Below the pieces are notes generated by a model. That model did no database searches, was not told the DNA's origin, and saw only the letters and a program-made list of their open reading frames with translations. This document shows, piece by piece, positions 29,201 through 41,719 of a stretch of DNA of 64,000 nucleotides (the first letter of the stretch is position 1; each line of letters opens with the position of its first letter). A program made the translations under genes and the position numbers. Origin of the DNA: Prorocentrum cordatum (lineage: Eukaryota); contig CAUYUJ010000159.1 of assembly GCA_963575745.1 (NCBI GenBank), forward strand, positions 124,001 to 188,000. The letters are read 5' to 3'.

Positions 29201-31090
29201 CGGCGTTGGATCGAGTTCCCCAGACACGCGCATGCAAAACCATATGCTTCATCGTAGTGTGCACTGTGCACGTGTCTCTGGTAGACATAACGCCCCCATG
29301 CTCACCCTCCGCAACATCTCGGCAAGCTCCGCGAGCTCGATCCGGAATGCACCCAGGAAGGGGAGGGGTGCAGGAGCGGCGAGACTGGAACCAAATCGCT
29401 TGATTAATATCATTGCGCGTCGATGTTGTTGCAGCCTGGCGCGCCGATGAAGTCCGAGGCGCCAGTGGGTGGAGGGCAGCGCGAACTGGAACTGATGGGC
29501 CCGTTGCCCACCACCACCACAATGAGCTGGAAGGGGGGAAGAAGGTAGATGAGGAAAAGGACGAAGAAGAAGAGGGGGAGGAGGATCCCCCTCTTCCAAC
29601 TCACGGCGGTGGCGGTGGAAAGCAAACCCATAAATAAGAACAGCCTGAGACGCATGGAGAGACCCCAACGTTGATATTTGACGTGCCCGGCATGGTATCT
29701 TTCCCCAGGTCCAGGACGAGCAGCGCCCCTTTATGAGGGGGGAGCGTCGGAAGAAGAGCAAGGTGTACGCGCGACGTTGTATCGGGTAGGGGTCGGAAGA
29801 GAGCTCGTGGAGGTAGGTGGCTTGCTGGTAGCTTTGCCTGATTTTCTGAAAGACATCGACGAATAGTCGCGTGAAGCTCCCGCGTTGTGCTGCGTGAGGG
29901 TAGCTTTGCCCAAGCTCGTGCGCCCGCCAGCTCCGAACCATGTAGGTATTGGGTGGCCAGCTCGCGGGTCCAGCCGCATTCCCTTTCGGGCCCCCTTGCC
30001 TCTGGATTGCCCCTGGGCGGACCCGTTCATGCCGGCAGCAACCCGGTCTAAGATGGCACTGTTCTTGCCGATCGAATATGTTAGTTTGGGATGGTTCTGG
30101 AGCTCTTCCCAAACACTTTTCCAATCAACCAAGTGCCGATTTATTGTCGGCTACTGTCACCTGCACCGCAATCTCCCCCCAAAAATTCACAGTGTACTGC
30201 AAATCGTCCGTGGAGACATTGATCCTGCACTGGTTGTTCAAATCGTACTGACCATAATTTTCAACCCAAAACATCACTTCCGCATCGCACGTAGCGTTGG
30301 CGGCCGGTCCTGTGTGACCCAGATTTTCGTACCTGCATGGGCCGCCCCCGACCTGCGCAGCATCCCGACAGCCACGTCAGGGGTCATCTTCGCTGTTGAA
30401 CTCCACGAACATTCGCGCGTCGGAAGTCCACTTTCGAGTAAACATCTCGCGCTGTCGGCACGTTGATCTCGCGTGAGGTGTCAGTCAACCATTCTGAAAC
30501 TGCGCCACAAATGTTAAACCCATATCAATTACCCACGACTGTCGTTACCATGCGCTTGCCCTCACCACCAGCACGTGCATGTTTCGAAAGAGGCGCTCCG
30601 AAGCCTAGTTGTTGAACTGTTCAAAACCCCAAGGAACTTAGATTCCAACCCAGGCGTCGCTGAAGTGTGTGATCTTGATCTGACCAAAAGCGGTCGGGAT
30701 GTGTAACTTGATTTTAACAATGCGATGCGCTTGGTGAGCTAGTCGATCTCGTTCCTCAATGGGCTGGCCGCATTCTGAAGATCATGCTGTGATACTCCAT
30801 GGGTCTTGATGGCCGTGATGTCTTTCCGGATCGGGTCCAGCTGCTCGTTCAAGATCTGTCGGAAAGTATCTGGAGTGAGACTCTGACCATCGGCAGTGGG
30901 ACCGCCCAGGCCAGAAGGCAAAGCTGGAGGTGCTTGAAAAGAAACCACTGGTTCTGTTTGTGGACCGTTGAGGTCGTCGTCGTCCATTTCGTTCAGCGGG
31001 TTGTGGATCCGGAGGCGCTTGAACAGGTGTTTGACCGGGGTACCTGGCATGTGCGAGTCGCCGCCTGCGCCCGAGGACATTGATGTAATA
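26300..31090 (-). mobile_element. Decayed near-full-length LINE (ORF1, endonuclease, RT remnants)
   Basis: ORF1-like coiled coil FRQILNEQLDPIRKDITAIK (~30800-30870); LVFGDFNAKL (~28940-28968); RT motif AQGRPLSS..LF (~27390-27428). Boundaries approximate. Confidence 0.6.
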
Positions 31091-32994
31091 TCGAACGTAG
31101 GTGAGAGGTAGCGCGATGGGCCTCCAGGAGGCCCAAAAAGGGGAAACCGATTGAAGGGTGGTGGTATGGGTACCCTTCGTCCTCTGAGCCTTGGTGGAGT
31201 GAGGCGGAACGCATCGGCGAGAGATCGGCGATATGCCCCCGATGATAGCAACAGCGCACGTTCCTGGGCGGGGTGGGCTATCAGGCCTCTCAGCGGCGAT
31301 CGATGGGCGATTGGGGGTCGATGCATCCCCCCTGAGCCTATCGCCTATCCCCCCCCCAACGTTGCCCCTGATCTTTTCGACGCCTGATGGTCTTCGGGTA
31401 ATAACTCAAGCCTGCGGCAACCGCTCGAGACGATCGGGGCACACCTGGACCGCTTTCGGCGAGGCGCGGCCGCTGGAAGGCACCCCGAGGCTGAACAACA
31501 GACAGACCTTCCGAAAATGTCTGGACACCGAAACTTCCCCCCTCAAACGTTGCCCCTGAAACCCCACCCCTAACGCTGCCATTGGCTGGCCCTCACTCCC
31601 CGCGGCGCTCGCGACTCACGAGCGGCGAACATGTCCGCATTCGCGCCCTCTCGGTCTGGATTCCGAAACGCGATCTCGCGGTTGCACGGATATGTTTCGC
31701 ACGGGGCATCTGCGAGAACACGTCTCGTATCCGCGGGGGGGCGCGGCCGAGGGGCTGGGCCCGCGAGGCCGTGGATACAAATATGTTCGTCGCCCATGAT
31801 GAGCAGGGATCGGCCGTCCCGGCATTCCTGTAGGCCTACCACGACATGCTCTTAGTTCTAGCAACACAGACACAACTCATTCATAAACACATAAAACCGA
31901 TGAGCGCCTCGTGCAAACCACAAAAGGTTCTTACAACATATTTTGGTTGGCCCATAGGCAAGCCAGGACGCCTGGCCACTGCTGGAGATGAGTTGGCGGC
32001 GCGCCAGGGGGAAAAGGGCGGGCCTGCTCAAAAACTCGGAAGTTCACGGGCCTCCCGAGAAGCTTTCTACGCCTTCACCGAACACACACAAAACTTGCAG
32101 GAGGCCAGAGGCCTTCTGAGAAGCCCCGCCGCCTCGTGACAAGGCCTTTTCTTTCTCGCTTCCCCCCTCGCCCCCGCCGCCGACCACAGGCAAGCTGGGA
32201 CGCCTCGCCACTGCTTGAGATGAGGGGGGAACTGGGCGAGACCTGCCCCTCGGGGCTCACGACGCCGAGATGCCCCCAGGGCCCCTGGGCAGCGGGCGCA
32301 CGGAGCGCTTTGCCCTCCGCCCGCGGCGGAAGCAGCGGCTATTTCTCCGCCCGCTCCCCGGCACCTCGGCAGCGGGGCCTGCTGCTCCCCGAGTCCCACG
32401 GGCCGTCCGACGGCGACGGAGGAGGAGGAGGACGAGAGGAGGAGGAGGAGGCGGAGGAGGAGGAAGGAGGAGGAAGGAGGAGGAAGAGGCAGAGCCGCAA
32501 GCCAGCCGAACCGACCAACCGACAGCGAGACCGAAACCGAGCAGGACCGACAGGCCGCGCGCAGCCAGGCAGGCCGCAGAGACGCGGCAGCTGGCGGACA
32601 ACTGGCCCGACCGAGCACACACGCCACTCCGACGCGCAGCCGGACCGACCGACCTGCGAACGCCCTCGTCGACACCTCGGGAGCGGGGCCTACCGCTCCT
32701 CTGGGTCCGCGTCCGCGGAGGCCGCCCGGGCCCTGCGCACACGCGGCGGACGACCATGGCGCCGCGCCTGGGTCGGAGGTCGACCGACAGGAGGCGGAGC
32801 GTGAATCCCCTGGACCAGGCAGGCTCCCACGCCGCGAGCCCAGGACCACAGGGAGAAGAGGGCTCACGGCGCCTCCGGGACACGAGGTGAAGACGGCCAG
32901 CTCGCTTCGCGCGGGGACTGGGGCCCAGGGGCGGGGGCTTGGCTCCTCGTCCTCCTCGTCCTCCTCGTCCTCTTCGTTCTCCTCCTCCTCCACC

Positions 32995-33800
32995 AGTCCA
33001 GCACGGAGTCTGATTTGTGGCAGGAGTTGCAGCAGATCTTCCTCACCCGCCCGCGCTCCGAGTTCACCGTCGAGCACGTCAATTCTCACTTGACTCCAGC
33101 CGCCGCCCACGCTGCAGGTGTCCCTCATGCGGTGGTACGCGGGAACGCAGTCGCCGACATCCTGGCGGGGGCCGCTGCAGGTCTTGCCCGTGTCCCTCAC
33201 GAACCTCGCCAGCGCTTCTTTACCCACGAGGTCATGGCGTCGCAGGTCCGCTGGAGGCTCCTCCGTGCCACGCTGGATGCCCAAGCAGCCGCCACTCTCC
33301 GTGCTCGTGGTCTACCCCGCCGACGTCGTCGTCCACGCCAGGTCCCTCCCCGTCTGCGGTCTGTTGCCACGTTTGCCTCCCGCCACGTCCTCAGCGATGA
33401 CGGTCTACGTTGTTTGGCCTGTCACACGTCTGCGGGCCACTCCAGTGCTGATCTCTGGCTGGTGTCTCCGTGCTTCCCGTTGGCTTCTTGTGGAGAGGGA
33501 TGGGCAGGTTTCGCGCCGTCTGATGCCGCTCTCGTTCACATCGGCGACCACGCTGCTCACCCCACGCACATGATGAGGTTCCAGACTACGCTCGGAGTAT
33601 GGATTTGTTGGCATTGTGGGTGTTACGCTTGGCCAGGCCTTCGTGCTCTTGGCCGCGGTCTCCTCGTCCCATGCCAGAGTCCGACCGATATGCGGCGCGA
33701 GCACCTCTCCAGAGTCCACCGCGGTCTGTGGCCCAAGGCTGGTGAACGCCCCAGTTCCGAGAGCTACGACGACGCCCCGCAGGCTTGCGCTACGTCCTCG
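32995..33800 (+). pseudogene. 5'-truncated LINE 3' end: RNase H C-terminal half plus Cys/His zinc-binding motifs
   Basis: LWQEL...VEHVNSH...VRGNAVADILA (RNase H), then CLACH...SPC and HPTH...WICWHCG...LLVPC. Confidence 0.75.
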
Positions 33801-35599
33801 AGGGAGTTGCCAGAACGCAAGGGATGCCTCGAGAGCGGAGGGAAACCTCTCGCCCCGAGGCCTGGTAAGGTCGCCAACCCCTCTGCTTCGACGACGTTCT
33901 CGCTGGACCGTAGGGGTCCGAGGACGAAGGGGAAGGTGCGCAGCCAGGCCTCAAATTTGGGAGGTATTCGTCGCCTAGAGGATTCGTCCCCGAGGACGGT
34001 CGGGGATCAGTCTGGCCACGGTGTCTCGCTCCAGGTGGGTGACGAAGGACGTGCTCAGCTGGTCGCTTCCCTGGTCCGAGCTGCCACAAGGGAGCCTTCG
34101 ATGACTGCTTCCGATCCAGCTTCGGCCGCTTCGACCGCTTCGGGTACCCCATGCTGTTCCAGAACGCCTCTGTCGGTGACTGGGCCATCGAGGACAGGAT
34201 GCAGTTCGGGGTCGAGGAGCTCGGCACCTTGGCCACGAGAGGAGGGCGGTCACTCGCCTCACGACCTCGAGGGCCTCGCGGACTGCGACACCAGGCCCTT
34301 GGCGGAGGACGGACGCGGCGCGCGAGGGCTCACCGCGGTGCCCACCGCGCCGAGCGCGCGGCCGCCGCGCGGTGCCCAGGCGGCCGCCTTCAGCGCGCTC
34401 GTGCGCTGGGCGGCGGGCGGCTCGCCACGACGACGCGGTGCTCCTGGCGCTGGAGGCCGCGCTGCTCGTCCAGGTCATTAGGACGGAGGTCCCTCTCCTC
34501 TCTCTGGGGGGCACCTCCGTCCTGCGCCGCGCTATGGCGCGCCGCGGCGCCCGCGGTCCGCGGGCGGCCGTGCGCGGATCGCACCTGTGCGTCCGCGTAG
34601 CGGTGTCCTCACTCACTCACTCCTCCTCCTCCTCCTCCTTTCCCCCCCCCCCCCGCATCCACCTCCTCCTCCTCCTCCTTCACCTCCTTCTCCTCCTCGT
34701 CCTCCTCGTCCTCGTCCTCGTCCTCCTCCTCCTCCTCCGCCTCATCTTCCTCCGCCTCCTCTTCTGCCTCCTCATCACCTTAACAGTCCTGCTATTATTC
34801 CGCAACCTTCTCCTTGCTGTCGGTTTCGCCATATCCTAATCTTCTTCCCATACCCCGACGTCTAGTTTCACCACGTGGGAACCCAGGAGGACCCCTTCCC
34901 CGGGACATGCCTTTGAACCTGAATCGTTGCTTGACTGTCCACGGCTGAGCGAAGGCTCCCAGAAACCCAAAATAGCAAAAGCAGTCCGTCGTGTTTTCCG
35001 CGATGCGAGGGGCTCGTTTTGTGGCCGCGACTGCCGGCGCACCTGTCGCACGAGTACTGGAAGTAGCTGCCGACCGTCCACGCTCACTCCGCGCCCTGAG
35101 CCTGGCCAGGGCGCGCGCGCGGCCGCTGCGGGGGGCACCCCCCTTGCTCACGTTTGGTCAAGTGGGGACACTATGAGGGGGGGCAACTCAGGGGATACAT
35201 CGGCGATGCATCGCTGATGGATCAGATAGATCAGCGGCATGCCCCACATTTCGTACAACCAACCCTACCACGATCCGCCCTTTGCTCAAACATCCGACGT
35301 CGTAGCTTTTTCCACGACGGGGCCTCCTAAAGGTCTGGACACCGCCGTTTCGTCCTGATTCGTTTTGCTGAGGGGTCCTGGGGCCCAGCAAGGGCCACCA
35401 GATGTAGAAACTCACGTGTTAATTATTGTGGGCCTTAAAACTATGTAGAGCAAACTTTCTGGTGCAGTCTACGTGGTGGAATTGATCACTTGCTCGACTT
35501 GAAACTGTCCTCTCCACTGCTCGTGCAAACATCCCACCCTCCCACCTGCAACTTGGTCGCAAGACCTCTTAAGACCGTGACGGTAGGTACCAAATGGCA

Positions 35600-36215
35600 G
35601 TTGGCAGCGACACCAACGCCGACAACGACAGCGACAACAACGACGACGAGGCCGACTCCGACACCGACGACGTCTTCAACGACATCGACGACGATGACAA
35701 CGACGACGAAGACACCGACGACGCCGACGACGCCGACGACGACGATGACAACGCCGACGACGAAGACGACGCCGACGACGACGACAACGACGACGCCGAC
35801 AACGACACCGACGACGACGACGGCGACGACGACGTATTCGCCAACGAAGCCGACGACGAGGAAGGAGGGAGGGCGACGACGGCGACAACGACGACAACGA
35901 CAACGACGAGGGGGAGGGAGGACGGCGACGACGCGAACGACAAAGGAGGGAGGACGCCGACGACGACAACGAAGAGGGAGGACGAAAGACGACGACGACG
36001 ACGGCGACGAAATAGGGACGACGACGAGACGCCGACGACGGACGACGACGACGAGAGAGGAGGAAAAACGACCACGGCGACAACGACGACGGAAACGACG
36101 ACGACGCCGAAGAGGACGACGACGACGACGACCGACGAGGAAAGACAGACGACGACGGCGACGACGACGACGACGGAGGAGGGAGGACGGCGACGACGAC
36201 GACGACGACGCAAAA
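35600..36215. repeat. Degenerate (GAC)n low-complexity tract
   Basis: Direct inspection. Confidence 0.85.
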
Positions 36216-36629
36216 GCGCGCGAACCGAAGATTGTTGAAGAACTCCGGCATGCGCGCGCACTTTGTCGCATCTTTTGCAGAATCTTCTCGCGACGGCCCG
36301 CGCGCAAGGGCGTTCGAAAAATTTCGACTTGCGCGCGAAGCCCGTTTTGATAATAATGCAGCACCTATGGTTTTCTCGAGAATTCGCAAAAAAAAAAAAA
36401 GCGCGCGTAATCTTTTTTAGAAACCAATGTTACGAAATCATGTGTTTTTGTATGTTCGTTTGGAAACTTGATTTTGAAACCCCTCCGAAACCGAAGGTCG
36501 CTGAAAGTTTCCGCATGCGCGCGCGACGACGCGCGCGTGCGCACTTCGCCCCATGTGTTGAAAAAAAAATCCCAATGCGACCCTGCCTAAGAGTTGGAAC
36601 CCCTAGGAAAGCAGCATTCGTAGCAACAG

Positions 36630-37237
36630 TAAAGCTAAGCTAAAGCTAAGCTGAAGCTAAGCTAAAGCTAACCTAAAGCTAAGCTAAAACTAAGCTAAAG
36701 CTAAGTTAAAGCTAAGCTAAAACTAAGCCAAAGCTAAGCTAAAGCTAAGATGGAGCTAAGCTAAAGCTAAGCTAAAGTTAATGTAAAGCTAAGCTAAAGC
36801 TAAGCTAAAGCTAAGCTGAAACTAAGCTGAGGCTAAACTGAAGCTAAGCTGAAGCTAAACTAAAGCTACGCTGAAGCTAAGCTGAAGCTAAGCTAAAGCT
36901 AAGCTAAAGCTAAGTTAAAGCTAAGTTAAAACGAAGCTAAAACTAAGCCACAGCTAAGCTAAAGCTAAGATAAAGTTATTCCAAAGCTAAGCTAACGCTA
37001 AGCCAAAACTAAGCTAAAGCTAAGCGAACGCTAAGGCGTAGCTAAGCTAAAGCTAAGCTAAAGCTAAGCTGAAGCTAAGCTGAAGCTAAGCTAAAGCGAA
37101 GCTAAAGCTAAGCTAAAGCTAAGCTAAAGCTAAGCTAAATCTAAGCTAAAGCTGAGCTAAAGCTAAGCTAAAGCTAAGCTAAAGCTAAGCTACAGCTAAA
37201 CTAAAGCTAAGCTACAGCTAAAGCTAAAGCTAAAGCT
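36630..37237. repeat. Satellite of 11-bp unit TAAGCTAAAGC
   Basis: About 600 bp of tandem AAGCT-containing units. Confidence 0.95.
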
Positions 37238-38364
37238 CCCAGGGGACTGGGGGAACCGCGGGGCGGGGACTGGGCGAACCGCCCTGGGCGCTTTCCACTG
37301 CCCGGCCCCTTTTAAGCTAGAGAGTAAGAACCCTTCCAGGCAGAGCCCAGGTAGGGAAAAAGATTCTTGAACACTTATGATGTTTGACAAACGGGCGCGC
37401 GCGAATCGCATTTGAAGAGGATGGCGGGGGGGGCGATAACGGCGTAGCTGGGGCAGTCTGAGTTCACAGGTGGGATGGACACTGGGCCAAGACCCCATGT
37501 GTTTTGCATCGGTTCCCGGGGGATCTTTAGCCCCAGGGGGAAGGGTGGAGGAACCTGTTCCCTTTTCTGTGAAGGGAGATTCACTTGCTCAACTTGTAAT
37601 TGCCCACCCCACTGCTCGCGCAAACATCCCACCCACCCACCCGCAACTTGGCTTGCACACCCCATGCGGAAACGATTGCGATGAGTGCTTGGTGCTGGCT
37701 GGTGCATCTCAACGGCCGCGCTAGCCCGCGCATGCTCGCGCGCGCAGCGGCCAGTTAGTTTGGCGGGGCCAACGCAAACGCGGCGGCGCTGACCGCTGGG
37801 CACATCCCAGCGTGCAAGTGAATGCGAATCTGCGACTTGGGCGGGCGCGGCATCATGGCAACGTCGACAAAGGTAGACACGATGATGATAGTAGCGATGC
37901 TGGCGACGATGCAAACGGCGACGACGGGGCAGCCAGTGACGGCGCCGATGCTGATCACGCCGACGACGATGAGGGCGTCTTCGCGTCGGTGGTGAAGGTT
38001 TTGGACGAAGTCCGAAATGCGCGTGCAACAAACGCGCGAGAATGGGCCGCATTCCATTATTTGACAGGGGTCGTGCCAACCCAGCACGCGCGTAAAGGCG
38101 CCCGAAAGATTTCGGCATGCGCGCGCGAAGCCCGTTTGGCAATGTATGTTCGGAAAGTGATGAAACAAACTCATGGCTTTCTGAAAAATTCGCATGAACG
38201 CGCGCAAGATGCCGTTGGAAATCCGCGTTGCGAAACCGGGTTGTTTCCCTACCGTCCTGTGGTGTTGGGCCCTCGTTTTGAAGAGACAGCGCCCCGCGTT
38301 CCTTCCTCCTCCCGCTGCCTCCCTCCTCCTCGCATCATCGTCATCATCGTCATCATCATCATCA

Positions 38365-39125
38365 CCCTCGCGAGGATCGTGGCCCCATAGTGAGCTCCAC
38401 CGAAGGCGCCAGTAGCGAAATGCGCAGGGCGGCCTCGGGCCATTTCGGCGCACCCCTCGCAAGGATCATGGCCACATGGGGCATGCCCCTCACGAGGATC
38501 GTGGCCCCATAGGAGCTCCATCGAAAGCGCCAGTACAAAAAAGCGCATGGTGGCCTCGGGCCATTTCGGTACACCCCTCACGAGGATCGTGGCCCCATCG
38601 GGGCTCCACCGAAAGCGCCAGTACCAAAGTGCGCGTGGCGGCCTCGGGCCATTTCGGCACACCCGTCGCGAAGATCGTGGCCCCATAGGGGCTCCACCGA
38701 AGGCGCCAGTAGCAAAGCGCGCATGGCGGCCTCGGGCCATTTCGGCACGCCCCTCAAGAGGATCGTGGCCCCATAGGGGCTCCACCGAAGGCGCCAGTAG
38801 CAAAGCGCGCATGGCGGCCTCGGGCCATTTCGGCACACCCCTCACGAGGATCGTGGCCCCATAGGAGCTCATCCGAAGGCGCCAGTAGCAAAGCGCGCAT
38901 GGCGGCCTCGGGCCATTTCGGCACACTCCTCACGAGGATCGTGGCCCCATCTGAGTTCCACCGAAGGCGCCTGTAGCAAAGCGCGCATGGCGGCCCCGGG
39001 CCATTTCGGCACACCCCTCGCGATGATCGTGGCCCCATTGGAGTTCCACCGAACGCGCCAGTAGCAAAGCGCGCATGGTGGCCTCGGGCCATTTCGGCGC
39101 GCCCCCACGAGGATCGTGGCCCCAG
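38365..39125. repeat. Tandem satellite, ~88-bp unit, ~8.5 copies
   Basis: gaggatcgtggcccc recurs at 38494, 38582 and onward with an ~88-bp period; units are similar over their whole length. Confidence 0.92.
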
Positions 39126-41697
39126 GGTTGCAACATTGCTACCGTGATCTAACCGGGCAGTCGCCTGCCGCGAAGCCGGCCGCTCACGGCGAGCGACGCG
39201 GGCAGACGACGCGCGCGATGCCGCCCGGCCCCCAAAATCGTCAGACCCATCCCGGCGTCCGCCGACAGAGTCGCCCGTGGCTTCGCACGGCGCGGCGGCT
39301 GCTGGGGCCGGGGCGCCTGGCGAGGCAATGCGGGCCGGAGCGGGCGGCGCGGTTGGCCGCCAGGCAGGGGCCAGGTCGCCTGCGGCAGCTGGGGCAGAGA
39401 GGAACGCTGCTGTGTGACATGCGGGGGCGAGCCCCTCTCGCTGGCGTTCGCCCTCAGACCTGCGCCTGTCCACGCTCGCTGGCGCGCCCGCACCTGTCGC
39501 CGCGAGGCTATCGTCCGATGCGGGAGTGCTGCGGGTCGCACCGGGCGCGGGAACGTCGTCAGACGCCATTTCTTTCGGGGCGGATGTCGCCTTCCCCGGC
39601 GAGGCCAGGGCTTCGAGAAGGAGGGGCTGCGGTTCGCTGTCCACTCGGGCGGATTCGCTGCCAAGGGAAAGAGGGCGAATGGGCGCGAAGAGGTTTGTGT
39701 CGACAAGCTGGCGGATGGCCTCGTCGTCCTGTCTTTGCCAGGCAGGTCCGTTGCCCCCCCGCGAGGAGGCTTCGAAAGCACCAGGGGCGGCGACGGGCGG
39801 AGTCACAGCGAGGCGTCGCTGGGTCTCGCCCTCAACCAGGTGCGACGACATCCCCCGACTCTCCAGGTAGCGGGCTCCGCATGCGCCGACGGCCACGGGG
39901 GAGGCCTCGGGGGCGCCGGCCGGAGCGTCTGCGCCGAACGCGAAGACGCGCCCGTCTGTGGCCCGCGCGCACATCCAGGAGTCAGGCGAGCCCTCCAGTC
40001 GCGCATGCCCTGGGTCACGGTCAATCGCACTTACGTCCACGCGCCCGACGCGAAAACTGTAGCAGCTGACGGCCGCTCTTGGATTTACGTCACCCTGGCA
40101 GTCTTTTATGCGTGGTGGGTGCGCGTTTTCGGGCGCTCTCTCTGCAGCCTTCCGAACTGCCGCCGCGATACCGTCGCCAAGGGTGGGCGCCGTTCCAGGC
40201 GCACCTTCGGCCTCCACCAAAACTCCGACCCAGGGACGCTGATAGGAGTGAGGAGCTGTAGGAACGCCCGTTTCTGCTTGTGGCTCGCTCGAAGGACTGC
40301 TGCACCTGAAAGCTGCATGTTCCGATATGACATCCTGAATGCCTTCTGGCCTAACGGGCCCTGCTTCTCCTTGTGAGTCCGACGTCGCGACCGCTCCGTT
40401 CCGTTCTGGCCTAAAAGGCCCCGCCTCGTCTTGCGAGGTCAGCTGGCCGCCAGGGGTGCCCGGCAGGGCGTCAACTATCGCCGCGATGCTGTCTTGGAGG
40501 GCCGAGGAGACCGAAACCCCGTTCCCTTCTGGAATAACGGGGCCTGCCTCTCCTGGTGAGCCCGATGACACAACCGCTGCGTTCCCTTCTGGCCTGACGG
40601 GCCCGGTCCCTCTTCGAGAGGTCTGCTGGCCGACAGGGGTGCCCGCGAGGGCGTCAGGGCCCGGGCACGGGGGTGCAAGTGTGCCTCGCTCGCCTGTGGA
40701 CACAGGGCTTCAAGGGTGCAAGGGCACCTCTTTCGGACAGTTAGAGTTGCGAGGATGGCTCGGGCACTGGGATGCAAGAGTGCCTTAAGCTCTTGCAGAT
40801 CCCTCGTCGCCAGGGTTGCGGCTGATGGCCGTCGACTCTGATTGCTCCAGATGGATGCTAGGGTCACGGCTGATGGCCATCAGAACGCACTGCGTCTCCA
40901 TGGCCTGGCCCAGGCTGTGTACCTGCGCTCCGTCGGGAGAGATCGCGCCTTCCCGCGGTGGCACCCTCCAGTCGGCGCCCGGACCCCCCACGGGCTCCGA
41001 GAGCGCCCGCTTCCCGAGCTGCGTCCAGCCGTGGCGACGATGGGGGCCCCCCGAAAGGCAGGCACCGACGCCCCCTGGGCGGTCGCGGGTCACTGCCATC
41101 GGGCGCTGTTGTGATCCGTGCTCTAACTGGCTGCCAGGGAGAAGGCGGGGGCTCGAGACATAACGACTTCCTTCTGCCCTGACGGGGCCCATTTTAACTT
41201 GGAAGACCCTGTCAGAATTGTAAGGATGCTGCTGTCACCACGTCGTCCGCGTAGTCATCGTGCTGCTGCTCCTGCTGCTGCTGCGCCCGCTGCACCGGCA
41301 CCGCCCCGCCTGGCGCAGTCACCGCGGCGGCGGCGGCGGCCGCCGCGCGGGAGAGGGCGGCCGCCGCGGCCCACGGGCCGTCGGCAGCCGCCGAGCGCGC
41401 GGCGCCGCGCGCAGCGCGGCGACGGCGCCAGCCGCGGCGCCTACGGCGCCAGCGGGGGCGGCGACCGCGGCGCCGGCAGCGCGCACGGCGCCGCGGCGCC
41501 TAGGCGCCAGCGGGGGCCGAGGCGCCCGCGCGCCGGCAGCGAGCAGCGCGCCCCCAGGCGAGCCGCCACTGCCGCCGCCGCCGCGACGCCGGGGACTCCA
41601 TCAGGCCCGGCGGCAACGCGGCGGGACGGCTCCGCCCAGGCCGCGCTGGCCAACCTCGAGCCCCAACCCCAGGGGAAGGAACGCCCCCAGGCAATGA

Positions 41698-41719
41698 CTT
41701 GAGCCAGGGGGGCTACGGA
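41698..41719 (-). other. Degenerate DinoSL relic (18/22)
   Basis: cttgagcca-gggg-ggctacgga versus the expected cttgagcca-aaat-ggctacgga; same length, both ends intact. Confidence 0.75.

Noticed and set aside
38365..39125. CRISPR-like regular repeats
   Set aside because: Units are similar along their full 88 bp with no unique spacers, there are no cas genes, and the context is eukaryotic. It is a satellite.
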